From the NCBI GenBank assembly GCA_036796235.1, contig DAIRDI010000001.1:1-33848 (forward strand): a stretch of DNA of 33,848 nt. The letters run 5' to 3'. The notes beneath the pieces were generated by a model. That model was not told the origin of the DNA. It was given only the letters and a program-made list of their open reading frames with translations, and searched no databases. Shown here in pieces: positions 16,493-24,698 of the stretch (within the stretch, counting starts at the first letter, position 1; every line of letters begins with the position of its first letter). Origin of the DNA: Candidatus Competibacteraceae bacterium. Lineage in GTDB: Bacteria > Pseudomonadota > Gammaproteobacteria > Competibacterales > Competibacteraceae. The translations under genes were made by a program, and so were the position numbers.

Positions 16493-17538
16493 CAGCGGTC
16501 CAGATCCTGATCCCCGGCGATCCGGAAACCCGCACCGGTGGTTATTTATATGATCGGCGGATCATGGGCGGATTGACAGCGCTGGGCTGGCGGGTCGAGT
16601 TGCATCGGCTCAGCGCCCATTTTCCGCATCCGGACCCCGCCGCGCTACGCGAGGCCGACGCGGTGCTGGCCGGATTGCCGGACCAAGCGTTGGCGGTCAT
16701 CGACGGCCTGGCCCTGGGCGCCATGCCCGAGGTCGCCGCCGCGCATCGGGATCGACTGCGGCTGGTGGCGTTGGTACACCATCCCCTGGCGCTGGAGACG
16801 GGGTTGGACGAGGCGGCGCGTCGGCGCTTGTTCGCCAGCGAGCGCGAGGCGCTCCGGCAAGTCCGGGGCGTCATCGTCACCAGCCCCAGCACGGCGCGGG
16901 CGTTGGCGGCTTACGATATTTCTCCGGAGCGCTGCGCCGTGGTTCCGCCCGGCGCCGATCCCGCGCCCCTGGCCGAAGGTTCGCGCGATGGAACGCTGAC
17001 ACTGCTGTGCGTGGCGGCGCTGACCCCGCGCAAGGGGCACGACCTGTTGTTCCGAGCGCTGGCGCGCCTCGCCGGGCAGGCTTGGCGGCTGCGCTGCGCC
17101 GGCAGCGCGGCTCTCGACCCCGCCACCGCCGCCGCGTTGCGGGAACTGGTGGTGGAATTGGGTGTGGCCGACCGCATCGAATTTTTGGGCGAACTCGATG
17201 AGGAGGCCTTGGCCCAGCAATATCGGCGGGCGGACCTGTTCGTCCTGCCCTCCTATTACGAGGGTTATGGCATGGCCTTGGCCGAAGCGCTGGCCCATGG
17301 CCTGCCTGTGGTCAGCACCACGGCGGGGGCGATTCCCGATACCGTGCCGGCGACCGCCGGACTGCTGGTCCCGCCGGGCGACGAAGCGGCCCTGACCGAG
17401 GCGCTGGCACGGCTGATGACTGAACCGGCATTGCGCGAATCCCTGGCGAGCGGCGCCCGCGCGGCCCGGCGAACCCTGCCGGACTGGTCGGACAGTTGCG
17501 CCCGGTTCGCGGCGGCGCTCGATGCGCTGGCGGCCTGA
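16489..17538 (+). CDS. Glycosyltransferase family 4 (GT-B, group 1)
   Basis: 349 aa. [24 protein letters not shown] carries the E-x7-E motif. The GTG start overlaps the PTPS-like stop (GTGA). Confidence 0.9.
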   Translation: MTAVQILIPGDPETRTGGYLYDRRIMGGLTALGWRVELHRLSAHFPHPDPAALREADAVLAGLPDQALAVIDGLALGAMPEVAAAHRDRLRLVALVHHPLALETGLDEAARRRLFASEREALRQVRGVIVTSPSTARALAAYDISPERCAVVPPGADPAPLAEGSRDGTLTLLCVAALTPRKGHDLLFRALARLAGQAWRLRCAGSAALDPATAAALRELVVELGVADRIEFLGELDEEALAQQYRRADLFVLPSYYEGYGMALAEALAHGLPVVSTTAGAIPDTVPATAGLLVPPGDEAALTEALARLMTEPALRESLASGARAARRTLPDWSDSCARFAAALDALAA

Positions 17539-18407
17539 TGAGCGGTTTTTCGGCGGAGTGGCTGCGCGAGCGCGAACCGGCGGACACCGCCGCGCGCAAC
17601 CCCGAACTGACCGCCCGTGCGCGCGACTGGCGCCGGCGGCGCGGCGCCCTGACCGTCCTGGATTTGGGGAGCGGAACCGGCGCCAATGTCCGGTTCCTGG
17701 CGCGGCGTCTCGGCGGCGCGCAGCGTTGGCTGCTGGTCGATCACGATCCGGAGTTGCTGGCGCGCGGCGTCGAGGAAATACGCGAGTGGGCCACGACGCG
17801 GGGGATGACGGCGACTGATGAAGGTGCGGCGCTGGTGCTGGAAGATGCGAGTTGCCATTGCCGGCTGGAGCCGGTGCGGCTGGACTTGGCTGGTGACTGG
17901 AAGCAGTTGGAGGTTCGCGAGGTCCATCTGGTCACGGCCTCGGCCCTGCTCGATCTGGTGGGAGCGGCTTGGCTGGAGCGGCTGGCCCAGCAGGGTCGAG
18001 CCTGGCGAGCGGCGATGTTCGTCGCCCTGAGTTACGACGGCTCCATCGTCTGGGAGCCGGCTTTGGCGGGCGACGAGACGTTGCGCGAACGGGTCAACCG
18101 CCATCAACGCACCGACAAGGGCTTCGGGCCAGCGCTCGGTCCCGCCGCCGCCGCCACGCTGGCGGCTCTGTTGCAAGATCGAGGCTATCAGGTCGAGTTG
18201 CGGCCCAGCCCCTGGCGGTTGGGACCGGAACACACCGTGCTGCAGACGGCGCTGCTGGAAGGCTGGAGCGAAGCCGCGCGCGAGATCGAACCGGCGGTGG
18301 ATGATCTCACCGAATGGACGGGCCAACGTCGGCGCTGCATCAATCGGGGCGAATCCCGGTTGCGGGTCGGACACTGGGATTTGTTCGCCTGCCCGGACGA
18401 CGACTGA
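17538..18407 (+). CDS. Class I SAM-dependent methyltransferase
   Basis: 289 aa from MSGFSAEWL. Motif I reads VLDLGSGTGANVRFLA. The ATG overlaps the GT4 stop by 1 nt (TGATG). Confidence 0.8.
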   Translation: MSGFSAEWLREREPADTAARNPELTARARDWRRRRGALTVLDLGSGTGANVRFLARRLGGAQRWLLVDHDPELLARGVEEIREWATTRGMTATDEGAALVLEDASCHCRLEPVRLDLAGDWKQLEVREVHLVTASALLDLVGAAWLERLAQQGRAWRAAMFVALSYDGSIVWEPALAGDETLRERVNRHQRTDKGFGPALGPAAAATLAALLQDRGYQVELRPSPWRLGPEHTVLQTALLEGWSEAAREIEPAVDDLTEWTGQRRRCINRGESRLRVGHWDLFACPDDD

Positions 18408-18425
18408 ACCGAGTCCGGTTCAGTC
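18402..18425. terminator. Perfect 10-bp palindromic hairpin between convergent genes, containing both stop codons
   Basis: GACTGAACCG-agtc-CGGTTCAGTC. The TGA of the methyltransferase gene (18405-18407) and the TCA (TGA on the minus strand, 18420-18422) of the RibD_C gene lie in opposite arms. There is no U-tract on either side. Confidence 0.4.
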
Positions 18426-19346
18426 CCGGAACCGACAATCGAAGAGCACGTCCTCGCCCAGCAAGTAACGGCGATGGTGGGGCCGCAGCCCCTGGGACAG
18501 GTCCTGAATGGGGGGTAGCGTGACGCCCGGCCGGCCGGAGCCGATAATCAACGGCGCCACCGTCAGTTGCAGGCGATCCAGTACGCCCTCTTCCAAAAAG
18601 GCCGATACCGTCTGGCCGCCGCCTTCGATGAAGATCCCATATAAACCAAGGCCGTGCAGCCGCCGCAGGATCTCCCGCGGGTTCAGCCGCCCGTTTTCGC
18701 TGGGGATTCCAAGAATCTCCACGCCGCCCGGCGCGGGCGTTACGGCCCGTTCCGCGGCGCAGACCAGCAGGGTGGGCGCGGCGCGATCCTGGAATACCCC
18801 ATGGTCGGCGACGAGCCGGCGCTGGGGATCGATGATGACCCGCACTGGATTCGGACCCGCGACCCGCCGGGTGGTCAACCGGGGATCGTCGCACTCCACC
18901 GTGGCGGCGCCGACCACAATCGCATCGCATAACGCGCGCATTCGGTGCAAGTGGGTCAGGTTTTCAGGACCGGTCACGAAACAGGAGGCCCCGTTTTCGG
19001 TGGCGATGCGCCCGTCCAGGCTCTGGCCGAGATGCGCCACCGCCAACGGCCGCTCCGGGCTGGCCAGCGCCATCGATAGATACAGATCCAGCCACTCCTC
19101 ACCCGGTTTCGCCACTGGCGTCCTGGCGCTCCACGAGCCAGCGCCGGCGATCTCCAGCAAAGCAGCCGGGTCGTCGGCCGGGATCACGACCGGCCGCCCC
19201 TGCTCGTCCAGTCCCAGGCCGAGCGGCGCGGGCGCGGTCATCAGGGACCGGACGTGCTGGCGCAGCGCCAGCAGCAGCGCCCAAACCAGCTCCGGTTGGA
19301 TCACGGCGGGGGCGTTAGGGAACGAGGTAGAGTCGGCGGTGGTCAT
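18420..19346 (-). CDS. RibD C-terminal domain (DHFR-like) reductase with an N-terminal extension of about 95 aa
   Basis: 308 aa. Has GQSLDGRIA, LHRMRALCDAIVVGAATV..DDP.L and FIEGGGQTVSAFLEEGVLDRLQLTVAPLIIG. The ATG overlaps the FkbM stop (ATGA). Confidence 0.85.
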   Translation of the reverse strand: MTTADSTSFPNAPAVIQPELVWALLLALRQHVRSLMTAPAPLGLGLDEQGRPVVIPADDPAALLEIAGAGSWSARTPVAKPGEEWLDLYLSMALASPERPLAVAHLGQSLDGRIATENGASCFVTGPENLTHLHRMRALCDAIVVGAATVECDDPRLTTRRVAGPNPVRVIIDPQRRLVADHGVFQDRAAPTLLVCAAERAVTPAPGGVEILGIPSENGRLNPREILRRLHGLGLYGIFIEGGGQTVSAFLEEGVLDRLQLTVAPLIIGSGRPGVTLPPIQDLSQGLRPHHRRYLLGEDVLFDCRFRD

Positions 19347-20101
19347 GGCGCGCGCCGCCGGGCATATACATCACCGGAGCGGCCGGTCCCGGCCTGGGTT
19401 TCCAGCCACGCCAGCAGGGCCTCGGCGTCCAGCCAGACCGCCGACCGCAGTCGGGGCGCTTCCCCAACCGTGACGTTGAATTCGTAGCGCTCGAGCGTCC
19501 CCAGATACGTCACGCAGGCCCGGGCGGTTTCCAGGCAGGCGGGAATGTATTCAAAGGACAGCGCCGGGATCGGTTGCGTCAGCCCCCTCAGCACGTCCAG
19601 TTCGTAACCCTCCACATCGATCTTGCAGAAAGCGGGCAATCCATGGCGGGCGATGAGCGCATCCAGGGTGGTGACCGGCACCGGCACGGCGTAGTCCCAA
19701 CGCACGTCGGCGAAAGCGCGATCCTGTTGGACCGCCGCGATCCAGTCCGGCGAAAGGGTGGTCACGGTCGGGGTGCGCGGGCTGACCCACAGTTCGGCGA
19801 CCCCCGGCGCGGCCCCGACCGCTTGCTCGACCAAGGTGATATGCGGGTGGCGGCCATACCAGCGACGCAACAGGCGCAGGCATTCTGGTTGCGGTTCCAC
19901 CGCCACGATGCGCGCGCCCAGTGGAGTCCAGGCCCGCAACCGGCTCCCGACGTGGGCGCCGATATCGAAACAAAGATCACCCGGCTGGATGAATTGGGCG
20001 TAGAAGCGGCTCAACCGACGCCGGCGCAGCGGGATGCCGTGATACATCAGCACCGAGCGCCAGAGTCCGAGTTGATGCGCCAGGCGGGTCCACATCGTCA
20101 T
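19343..20101 (-). CDS. FkbM-family methyltransferase
   Basis: CFDIGAHVGS and FCKIDVEGYELDVLRG are FkbM hallmarks. The start is uncertain: ATG at 20101 or 20095, while the track uses TTG at 20134. There is no clear SD. Confidence 0.85.
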   Translation of the reverse strand: MTMWTRLAHQLGLWRSVLMYHGIPLRRRRLSRFYAQFIQPGDLCFDIGAHVGSRLRAWTPLGARIVAVEPQPECLRLLRRWYGRHPHITLVEQAVGAAPGVAELWVSPRTPTVTTLSPDWIAAVQQDRAFADVRWDYAVPVPVTTLDALIARHGLPAFCKIDVEGYELDVLRGLTQPIPALSFEYIPACLETARACVTYLGTLERYEFNVTVGEAPRLRSAVWLDAEALLAWLETQAGTGRSGDVYARRRAP

Positions 20102-20201
20102 GGCTGCGCTAATCCGGTGATTCCACCGAATCAACCCAACCTGTCGTGATAGTCTTTACCATGGATTCATCTGCCTTACCGGTCGCGGGAGAGAGAAGAC
20201 G

Positions 20202-20594
20202 ATGGCCAGTATTCCACTGCTTGCATTTGTGGTGATCGCCTATACGGTGCTGGCGTCGATCGCGCCGGTCTGGTTGGAGGGCGTGTTGTTCGTGCTGCCG
20301 TTATTGTCCGGGGCGACGCTGCCCTTTCGGGGTAATGACTTGTTGCTGGTGATCAGCCTGTTTTTGCTGTGTATCGAAGTCTACCGCGCCACCAGCAGTT
20401 CGACCGCCGCCATCCTCAATCATGTACTGTCGCTGGTGGTGTTCATCGTCTGTCTGGTCGAGTTCCTCGTCCTGCCGCCCATGGCCAACATGACCTTTTT
20501 CCTGATCATGGCGATGACCTTGATCGATGTGGTCGCCGGTTTCACCGTAACCATCTCGACCGCCCGGCGAGACATACAGGATCAACGGTCATGA
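20202..20594 (+). CDS. Small polytopic membrane protein, unknown function
   Basis: 130 aa with 4-5 hydrophobic helices. GGGAGAGAG SD-like sequence upstream. GC content is visibly lower than in the neighbours. I recognise no family. Confidence 0.6.
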   Translation: MASIPLLAFVVIAYTVLASIAPVWLEGVLFVLPLLSGATLPFRGNDLLLVISLFLLCIEVYRATSSSTAAILNHVLSLVVFIVCLVEFLVLPPMANMTFFLIMAMTLIDVVAGFTVTISTARRDIQDQRS

Positions 20595-20605
20595 TGGGGG
20601 ATCGG

Positions 20606-20640
20606 ACGCCGGCAGGTTTCTCCGGCGTTTCGCTCTGTTG
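20606..20640 (+). terminator. Candidate intrinsic terminator after the small membrane protein gene
   Basis: Stem ACGCCGG / CCGGCGT (7 bp) with a 9-nt loop, followed by a T-containing tail (TTCGCTCTGTT). The U-tract is weak. Confidence 0.35.
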
Positions 20641-20763
20641 GGAGGCGGTCTCGATTTGCCAGCGTTTGAGGCCAGCCGACCTGGCTACGGTCGTCACGGC
20701 GGCCGATAAATCGCGCGAAACGAAACAGCGGGATCGGCCGGCGCCGGAGTGGCCATCCGGCCT

Positions 20764-21855
20764 CTAAGCGTCGTTATTCCCCAGCACGACTTGCCGGCGT
20801 TGCCTGGCGAAGTCCAGCAAGCGCCGGATCGGTAGCGCCGCCCGCTCGCGCACCGTCTCGGCGATGACGATCTCGTTGCGACCGGTCTCCAGAACCCGCG
20901 CCAGATTGCGCAGGCCGTTCATCGCCATCCACGGACAGTGGGCGCAACTGACGCAGGTCGCGCCCTTGCCGGCGATGGGCGCTTCCAAGAAGATTTTATC
21001 CGGGGCCACCTGCTTCATTTTGTGAAACAAGCCGTTGTCGGTGGCGACGATAAACTTTTTCGCCCGCGAATCACGCGCCGCATCGACCAGCGCCGTGGTC
21101 GAACCCACCACATCGGCTTGGGCGATCACGTCCAGCGGAGATTCCGGATGGACCAGCACCTTGGCGTCGGGATGTCGGGCGCGCAGCTTTCGCAATCCAT
21201 CCGCCTTGAACGCTTCATGCACCACGCAGGCGGCGCTCCACAGCAGCATGTCCACCCCAGTTTCCCGCTGCACGTAAGCGCCCAAGTGTCGGTCCGGCGC
21301 CCAGATCAGCTTCTCGCCGCGTTGGGCTAAATGGCGCACGAGATCCAGGGCGATGCCCGAGGTGACCACCCAGTCGGAACGAGCTTTCACCGCCGCGCTG
21401 GTGTTGGCGTAGACCACCACGGTCCGGTCGGGATGCCGGTCGCAGAAAGCGCTGAACTCGTCGGCCGGGCACCCCAGATCGAGCGAGCATTCGGCATTGA
21501 GATCGGGCATCAGCACGCGTTTTTCAGGATTGAGGATCTTGGCGGTTTCGCCCATGAACCGCACCCCGGCCACCACCAGCGTCCTGGATCGGCATTCCGT
21601 GCCGAAGCGGGCCATGTCCAGCGAATCCGAAACATAACCGCCGGTGGCCTCGGCCAGCTCTTGTAATTCAGGCGAGGTGTAGTAGTGCGCGACCAACGTG
21701 GCGTCCTGCTCGACCAGCAGCCGCTTGATGCGCTCGACCAACCGGGCTGTTTCGGCGGCGTCCAGCGTCTCGACCACGGTGCGCGGCACGTGCATCGGCG
21801 CCAGGCGGCGATCCCTCATGACCGGGTTGGATACGACGGATAAGAGTGCGCTCAT
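20764..21855 (-). CDS. nadA: Quinolinate synthase NadA
   Basis: 363 aa from MSALLS (GGAGA SD). Has [47 protein letters not shown] and the Fe-S Cys region [10 protein letters not shown]. Confidence 0.93.
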   Translation of the reverse strand: MSALLSVVSNPVMRDRRLAPMHVPRTVVETLDAAETARLVERIKRLLVEQDATLVAHYYTSPELQELAEATGGYVSDSLDMARFGTECRSRTLVVAGVRFMGETAKILNPEKRVLMPDLNAECSLDLGCPADEFSAFCDRHPDRTVVVYANTSAAVKARSDWVVTSGIALDLVRHLAQRGEKLIWAPDRHLGAYVQRETGVDMLLWSAACVVHEAFKADGLRKLRARHPDAKVLVHPESPLDVIAQADVVGSTTALVDAARDSRAKKFIVATDNGLFHKMKQVAPDKIFLEAPIAGKGATCVSCAHCPWMAMNGLRNLARVLETGRNEIVIAETVRERAALPIRRLLDFARQRRQVVLGNNDA

Positions 21856-21917
21856 GTTGTTCTCCAGCGACCATGGCGATGGCTTTTGCCAGCAATTTTG
21901 AACCGACGGCGGCATCT

Positions 21918-21936
21918 TAGTTTCATTTTGAAACTA
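21918..21936. promoter_or_regulatory. Candidate operator palindrome in the nadA / hydrolase divergent promoter region
   Basis: TAGTTTCA-ttt-TGAAACTA: perfect 8-bp arms with a 3-nt spacer, 63 nt upstream of the nadA ATG, within an AT-rich patch. Confidence 0.4.
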
Positions 21937-22035
21937 TGACAAGAAGATGACGCGATTTTATGCGGGGGCCACTCGGAGCGCGGCGAATTTCGTTTAAGAT
22001 GCGCCGCTCAACAAGAATTCGAGGAGAAACTGGTC

Positions 22036-22692
22036 ATGATGGCCCAGCGGGAAACGGTAGTGCTGGTGCATGGTTTGTACGTGCATGGGTTGTGGATGCA
22101 GTTGCTGGAACACTGGTTGGAGGAAGCCGGCTATCACACGGTGAATTTTTCCTATCCGACCATGACCCGCACGCCGGCGGAAAACGCCGAGGACCTGCAC
22201 GCCATGTTGGAGCGACTGGACTCGCCGGTCGTGCATTTTTTGGCGCACAGCATGGGTGGGTTGGTGGTGCGTCACTTGTTCCACCGGTATCCGGAACAAC
22301 GCGCGGGGCGGGTCGTGACGCTGGGTACTCCCCATCAAGGGAGTTATGCCGCCCAAATCATGCGGGGCTGTGGGCTGGAATACTTTGTAGGGCGGGGAGT
22401 GGAGGGCGGACTGTTGGGCGGTGCGCCGACTTGGGCCGCCTCCCATCAACTCGGCTCGATCGCTGGGACCCTGAACGTCGGGCTCGGTCTGCTGTTCCCC
22501 GGCATGCCGGCCCCGGCCGATGGCATGATCGCCGTGGTCGAGACCCAGTTGCCGGGGATGACCGATCACGTCTGCCTGCCGGTTTCGCACATGCAGATGT
22601 TGGTGGACCCGACGACGATTACCCAGTCCTGCGCGTTTTTCGCCACTGGCCGGTTTCGTCATCCCAAGCCGGTCAGGCCCAGTGGGGGATGA
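22036..22692 (+). CDS. Alpha/beta-fold hydrolase (lipase/esterase-like)
   Basis: 218 aa. VVLVHGL oxyanion region and the nucleophile elbow AHSMGG. GAGGAG lies 9 nt upstream. Confidence 0.85.
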   Translation: MMAQRETVVLVHGLYVHGLWMQLLEHWLEEAGYHTVNFSYPTMTRTPAENAEDLHAMLERLDSPVVHFLAHSMGGLVVRHLFHRYPEQRAGRVVTLGTPHQGSYAAQIMRGCGLEYFVGRGVEGGLLGGAPTWAASHQLGSIAGTLNVGLGLLFPGMPAPADGMIAVVETQLPGMTDHVCLPVSHMQMLVDPTTITQSCAFFATGRFRHPKPVRPSGG

Positions 22693-22745
22693 TCGAGAGC
22701 TGGCAACGCGCTGAGCGGGAATCCACGCCGCGTTAAGGCCCGTTG

Positions 22746-23969
22746 CTAAGGAGTGGCGGAATCGAGCGCTGTGGGGTGCGCGACATCGATTGCGGGAGGT
22801 GGAGATGCTGGGACGGCCGCGCGCTTTTTGACGGGCGGCGCATAGATCAACGCCACGGCAACCTGATTTTCCCCCTCGAAGCGCCTGGTCGTGATGGCCG
22901 AGGGCAAACGCCCCTCGCGCAAGGACTGGAGGCCGGCATCGTCCTTAAATGTCCCCATCATGATCCACTCACGAATTTGCGTGAAGCGGCGCACGCTCGG
23001 TTCGTGGTCGTCGTAACCGCCGGCGGCGGCCAGAATTTCGGCTTGGCTGGCCTCATCCAGATCGTCCCGCCAGGCCGCATCGTCGCCGGCGACCAAGCCC
23101 ATCAGCGCCCCGGCGGCGCGGGACAGCGCGATTTTCTCGGCGTCGGCGCGCAGTTTTTGCTGGGTTTCTGGAGCCGGATGAGCGCCAATCGGGTTGACGG
23201 CATAGCCGATGAGCGCCATTTCACCCGTGGCATTGACCGCGATTTGGCGGTGGCCGACCGGTGGGACCAGGCGGCCCTCGATCTCGGCCAGCGCCTGCTT
23301 CAGCCCTTCTTGCAGAGAGACTGTTTCCATGGCGCCGGGGGCGGGTCGCGTCAGCCGGGTGGCGGTCCTGGGCGTGGTGACCAAGTGTACGTAAACCGTG
23401 CGGGGGGTTGAATCGACCTCGACCGTATAGGCCACGAAACCGCGCGCCAGAATTTTAAGCGCTTGGTTGAGCCGTTCCTGGTCGTTAACGGCGAGATTGA
23501 TCAGCGCGAGGCGAATCGCGTTGTCTTGTTGTTCCAGATGCTCGGCCACCCTCCGCTGAGCATCCCGCGACAGGCCGGCGAGACATTCGGATAGACGGAG
23601 TCGGGCATCCGCGAACGCTTTGAGACGAGCCTCTTGTTGGAGGCGCCGCGTCGCCACCGGGTTTTCGGAGGCCGGATGATCGGCCGTTCCAGTCGCCACC
23701 CAGCCGAAGCCGTTGCGAAACCGGATCATCCGACAGCCGGCGGTGCGCTGGCCGACCGCGGCGGCGATGGCGGCTTGGGCGGTTCTGGCGCGCAAGGCCG
23801 GTTCTCCGGTCAGTTCGTCCCGGATCGGGCGCGCTCGTTCGGCGCTGCGCGGGGTCGTGGTGGACTGCAGCGGTGCGACAAACTCCTCGGCGCCGGGTCG
23901 GGCCGCTGAAGCCGATGAGATCCAGAGCAGACCGAGCAGTAACGCGAGCGAGCGAAACAAGTGACGCAT
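22746..23969 (-). CDS. Secreted protein of unknown function (two LPP20-like segments by eye)
   Basis: 407 aa with signal peptide MRHLFRSLALLLGLLWISSASA. The segments GTADHP..ATRRLQQEARLKAFADARLRLSECLAG and IGYAVNP...QQKLRADAEKIALSRAAGALMGLVAG resemble the LPP20-type pattern. The C-terminus is Pro/Ala-rich. Confidence 0.65.
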   Translation of the reverse strand: MRHLFRSLALLLGLLWISSASAARPGAEEFVAPLQSTTTPRSAERARPIRDELTGEPALRARTAQAAIAAAVGQRTAGCRMIRFRNGFGWVATGTADHPASENPVATRRLQQEARLKAFADARLRLSECLAGLSRDAQRRVAEHLEQQDNAIRLALINLAVNDQERLNQALKILARGFVAYTVEVDSTPRTVYVHLVTTPRTATRLTRPAPGAMETVSLQEGLKQALAEIEGRLVPPVGHRQIAVNATGEMALIGYAVNPIGAHPAPETQQKLRADAEKIALSRAAGALMGLVAGDDAAWRDDLDEASQAEILAAAGGYDDHEPSVRRFTQIREWIMMGTFKDDAGLQSLREGRLPSAITTRRFEGENQVAVALIYAPPVKKRAAVPASPPPAIDVAHPTALDSATP

Positions 23970-24004
23970 GAGGGTGGCTCCCGAGGTGGATGATCGATAG
24001 TGTT

Positions 24005-24640
24005 TCAGGTCGATAGCGAAGCATCGTCCGCGCGGCCCAATCGCGCTAGTTTTTCCTTGGTGCGCTTTAATTGCTCGATGGCTAGTTCCAGTTCATCATC
24101 GAAAGGGTTCCGCTCTTCCCGGTCGGCGTGACGCCGCAGTTCCGCCAGCTTGCGGCGCGTCATCTCCAGCTCCTTGACCGCCAGGACCAATTCATCGGTG
24201 GTTTTTCGCAGCCGTTCGGCGACGATCCGGCCGATGGCTCGATACAGCAACGCCTGGCAAGCATTGCGTTCCGATGGCGGCAGCTTTTGTAAAAACCCGG
24301 GACTGAGTTCCAGGCACCAAGTGGTTTCCAGCGCGTACACCGACGCGGTGCGGGTTTCATTACCGAGCACGGAGAGTTCGCCGAACACTTCCCCGACCTG
24401 ATCCAGCACCGTGATCGGACTTCGGTTCTTGGTCACCCGTACCTTGCCGTTGAGCAGCACGTACAGACGGTCTCCGAAAGCGCCCTCGGGAATGATCAGT
24501 TCCTCGGGTTCGTAAACGAGCAGGCGGCTGACGCCCAGAATTTCCTTGAGAGGTTGCTCGCCGAACGCCTGTAGAAATGGAATCGATTTGAACCGTTCGA
24601 CCTGTTCGCCCAGAGCGGGACCGCTTTGGTGGATTTGCAT
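24005..24640 (-). CDS. Cyclic-nucleotide-binding (CAP_ED) domain protein with a C-terminal coiled coil and no DNA-binding domain
   Basis: 211 aa. FGELSVLGNETRTASVYA is the cNMP phosphate-binding cassette. The last 70 aa or so are heptad-like (ELEMTRRKLAELRR...ELELAIEQLKRTKEKLARL). Confidence 0.85.
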   Translation of the reverse strand: MQIHQSGPALGEQVERFKSIPFLQAFGEQPLKEILGVSRLLVYEPEELIIPEGAFGDRLYVLLNGKVRVTKNRSPITVLDQVGEVFGELSVLGNETRTASVYALETTWCLELSPGFLQKLPPSERNACQALLYRAIGRIVAERLRKTTDELVLAVKELEMTRRKLAELRRHADREERNPFDDELELAIEQLKRTKEKLARLGRADDASLST

Positions 24641-24698
24641 GGTGAGTATCCTGAAAAAGCCATGGGGATCATTGGCCTTGCCCGCCCCTGGAGGCGCG

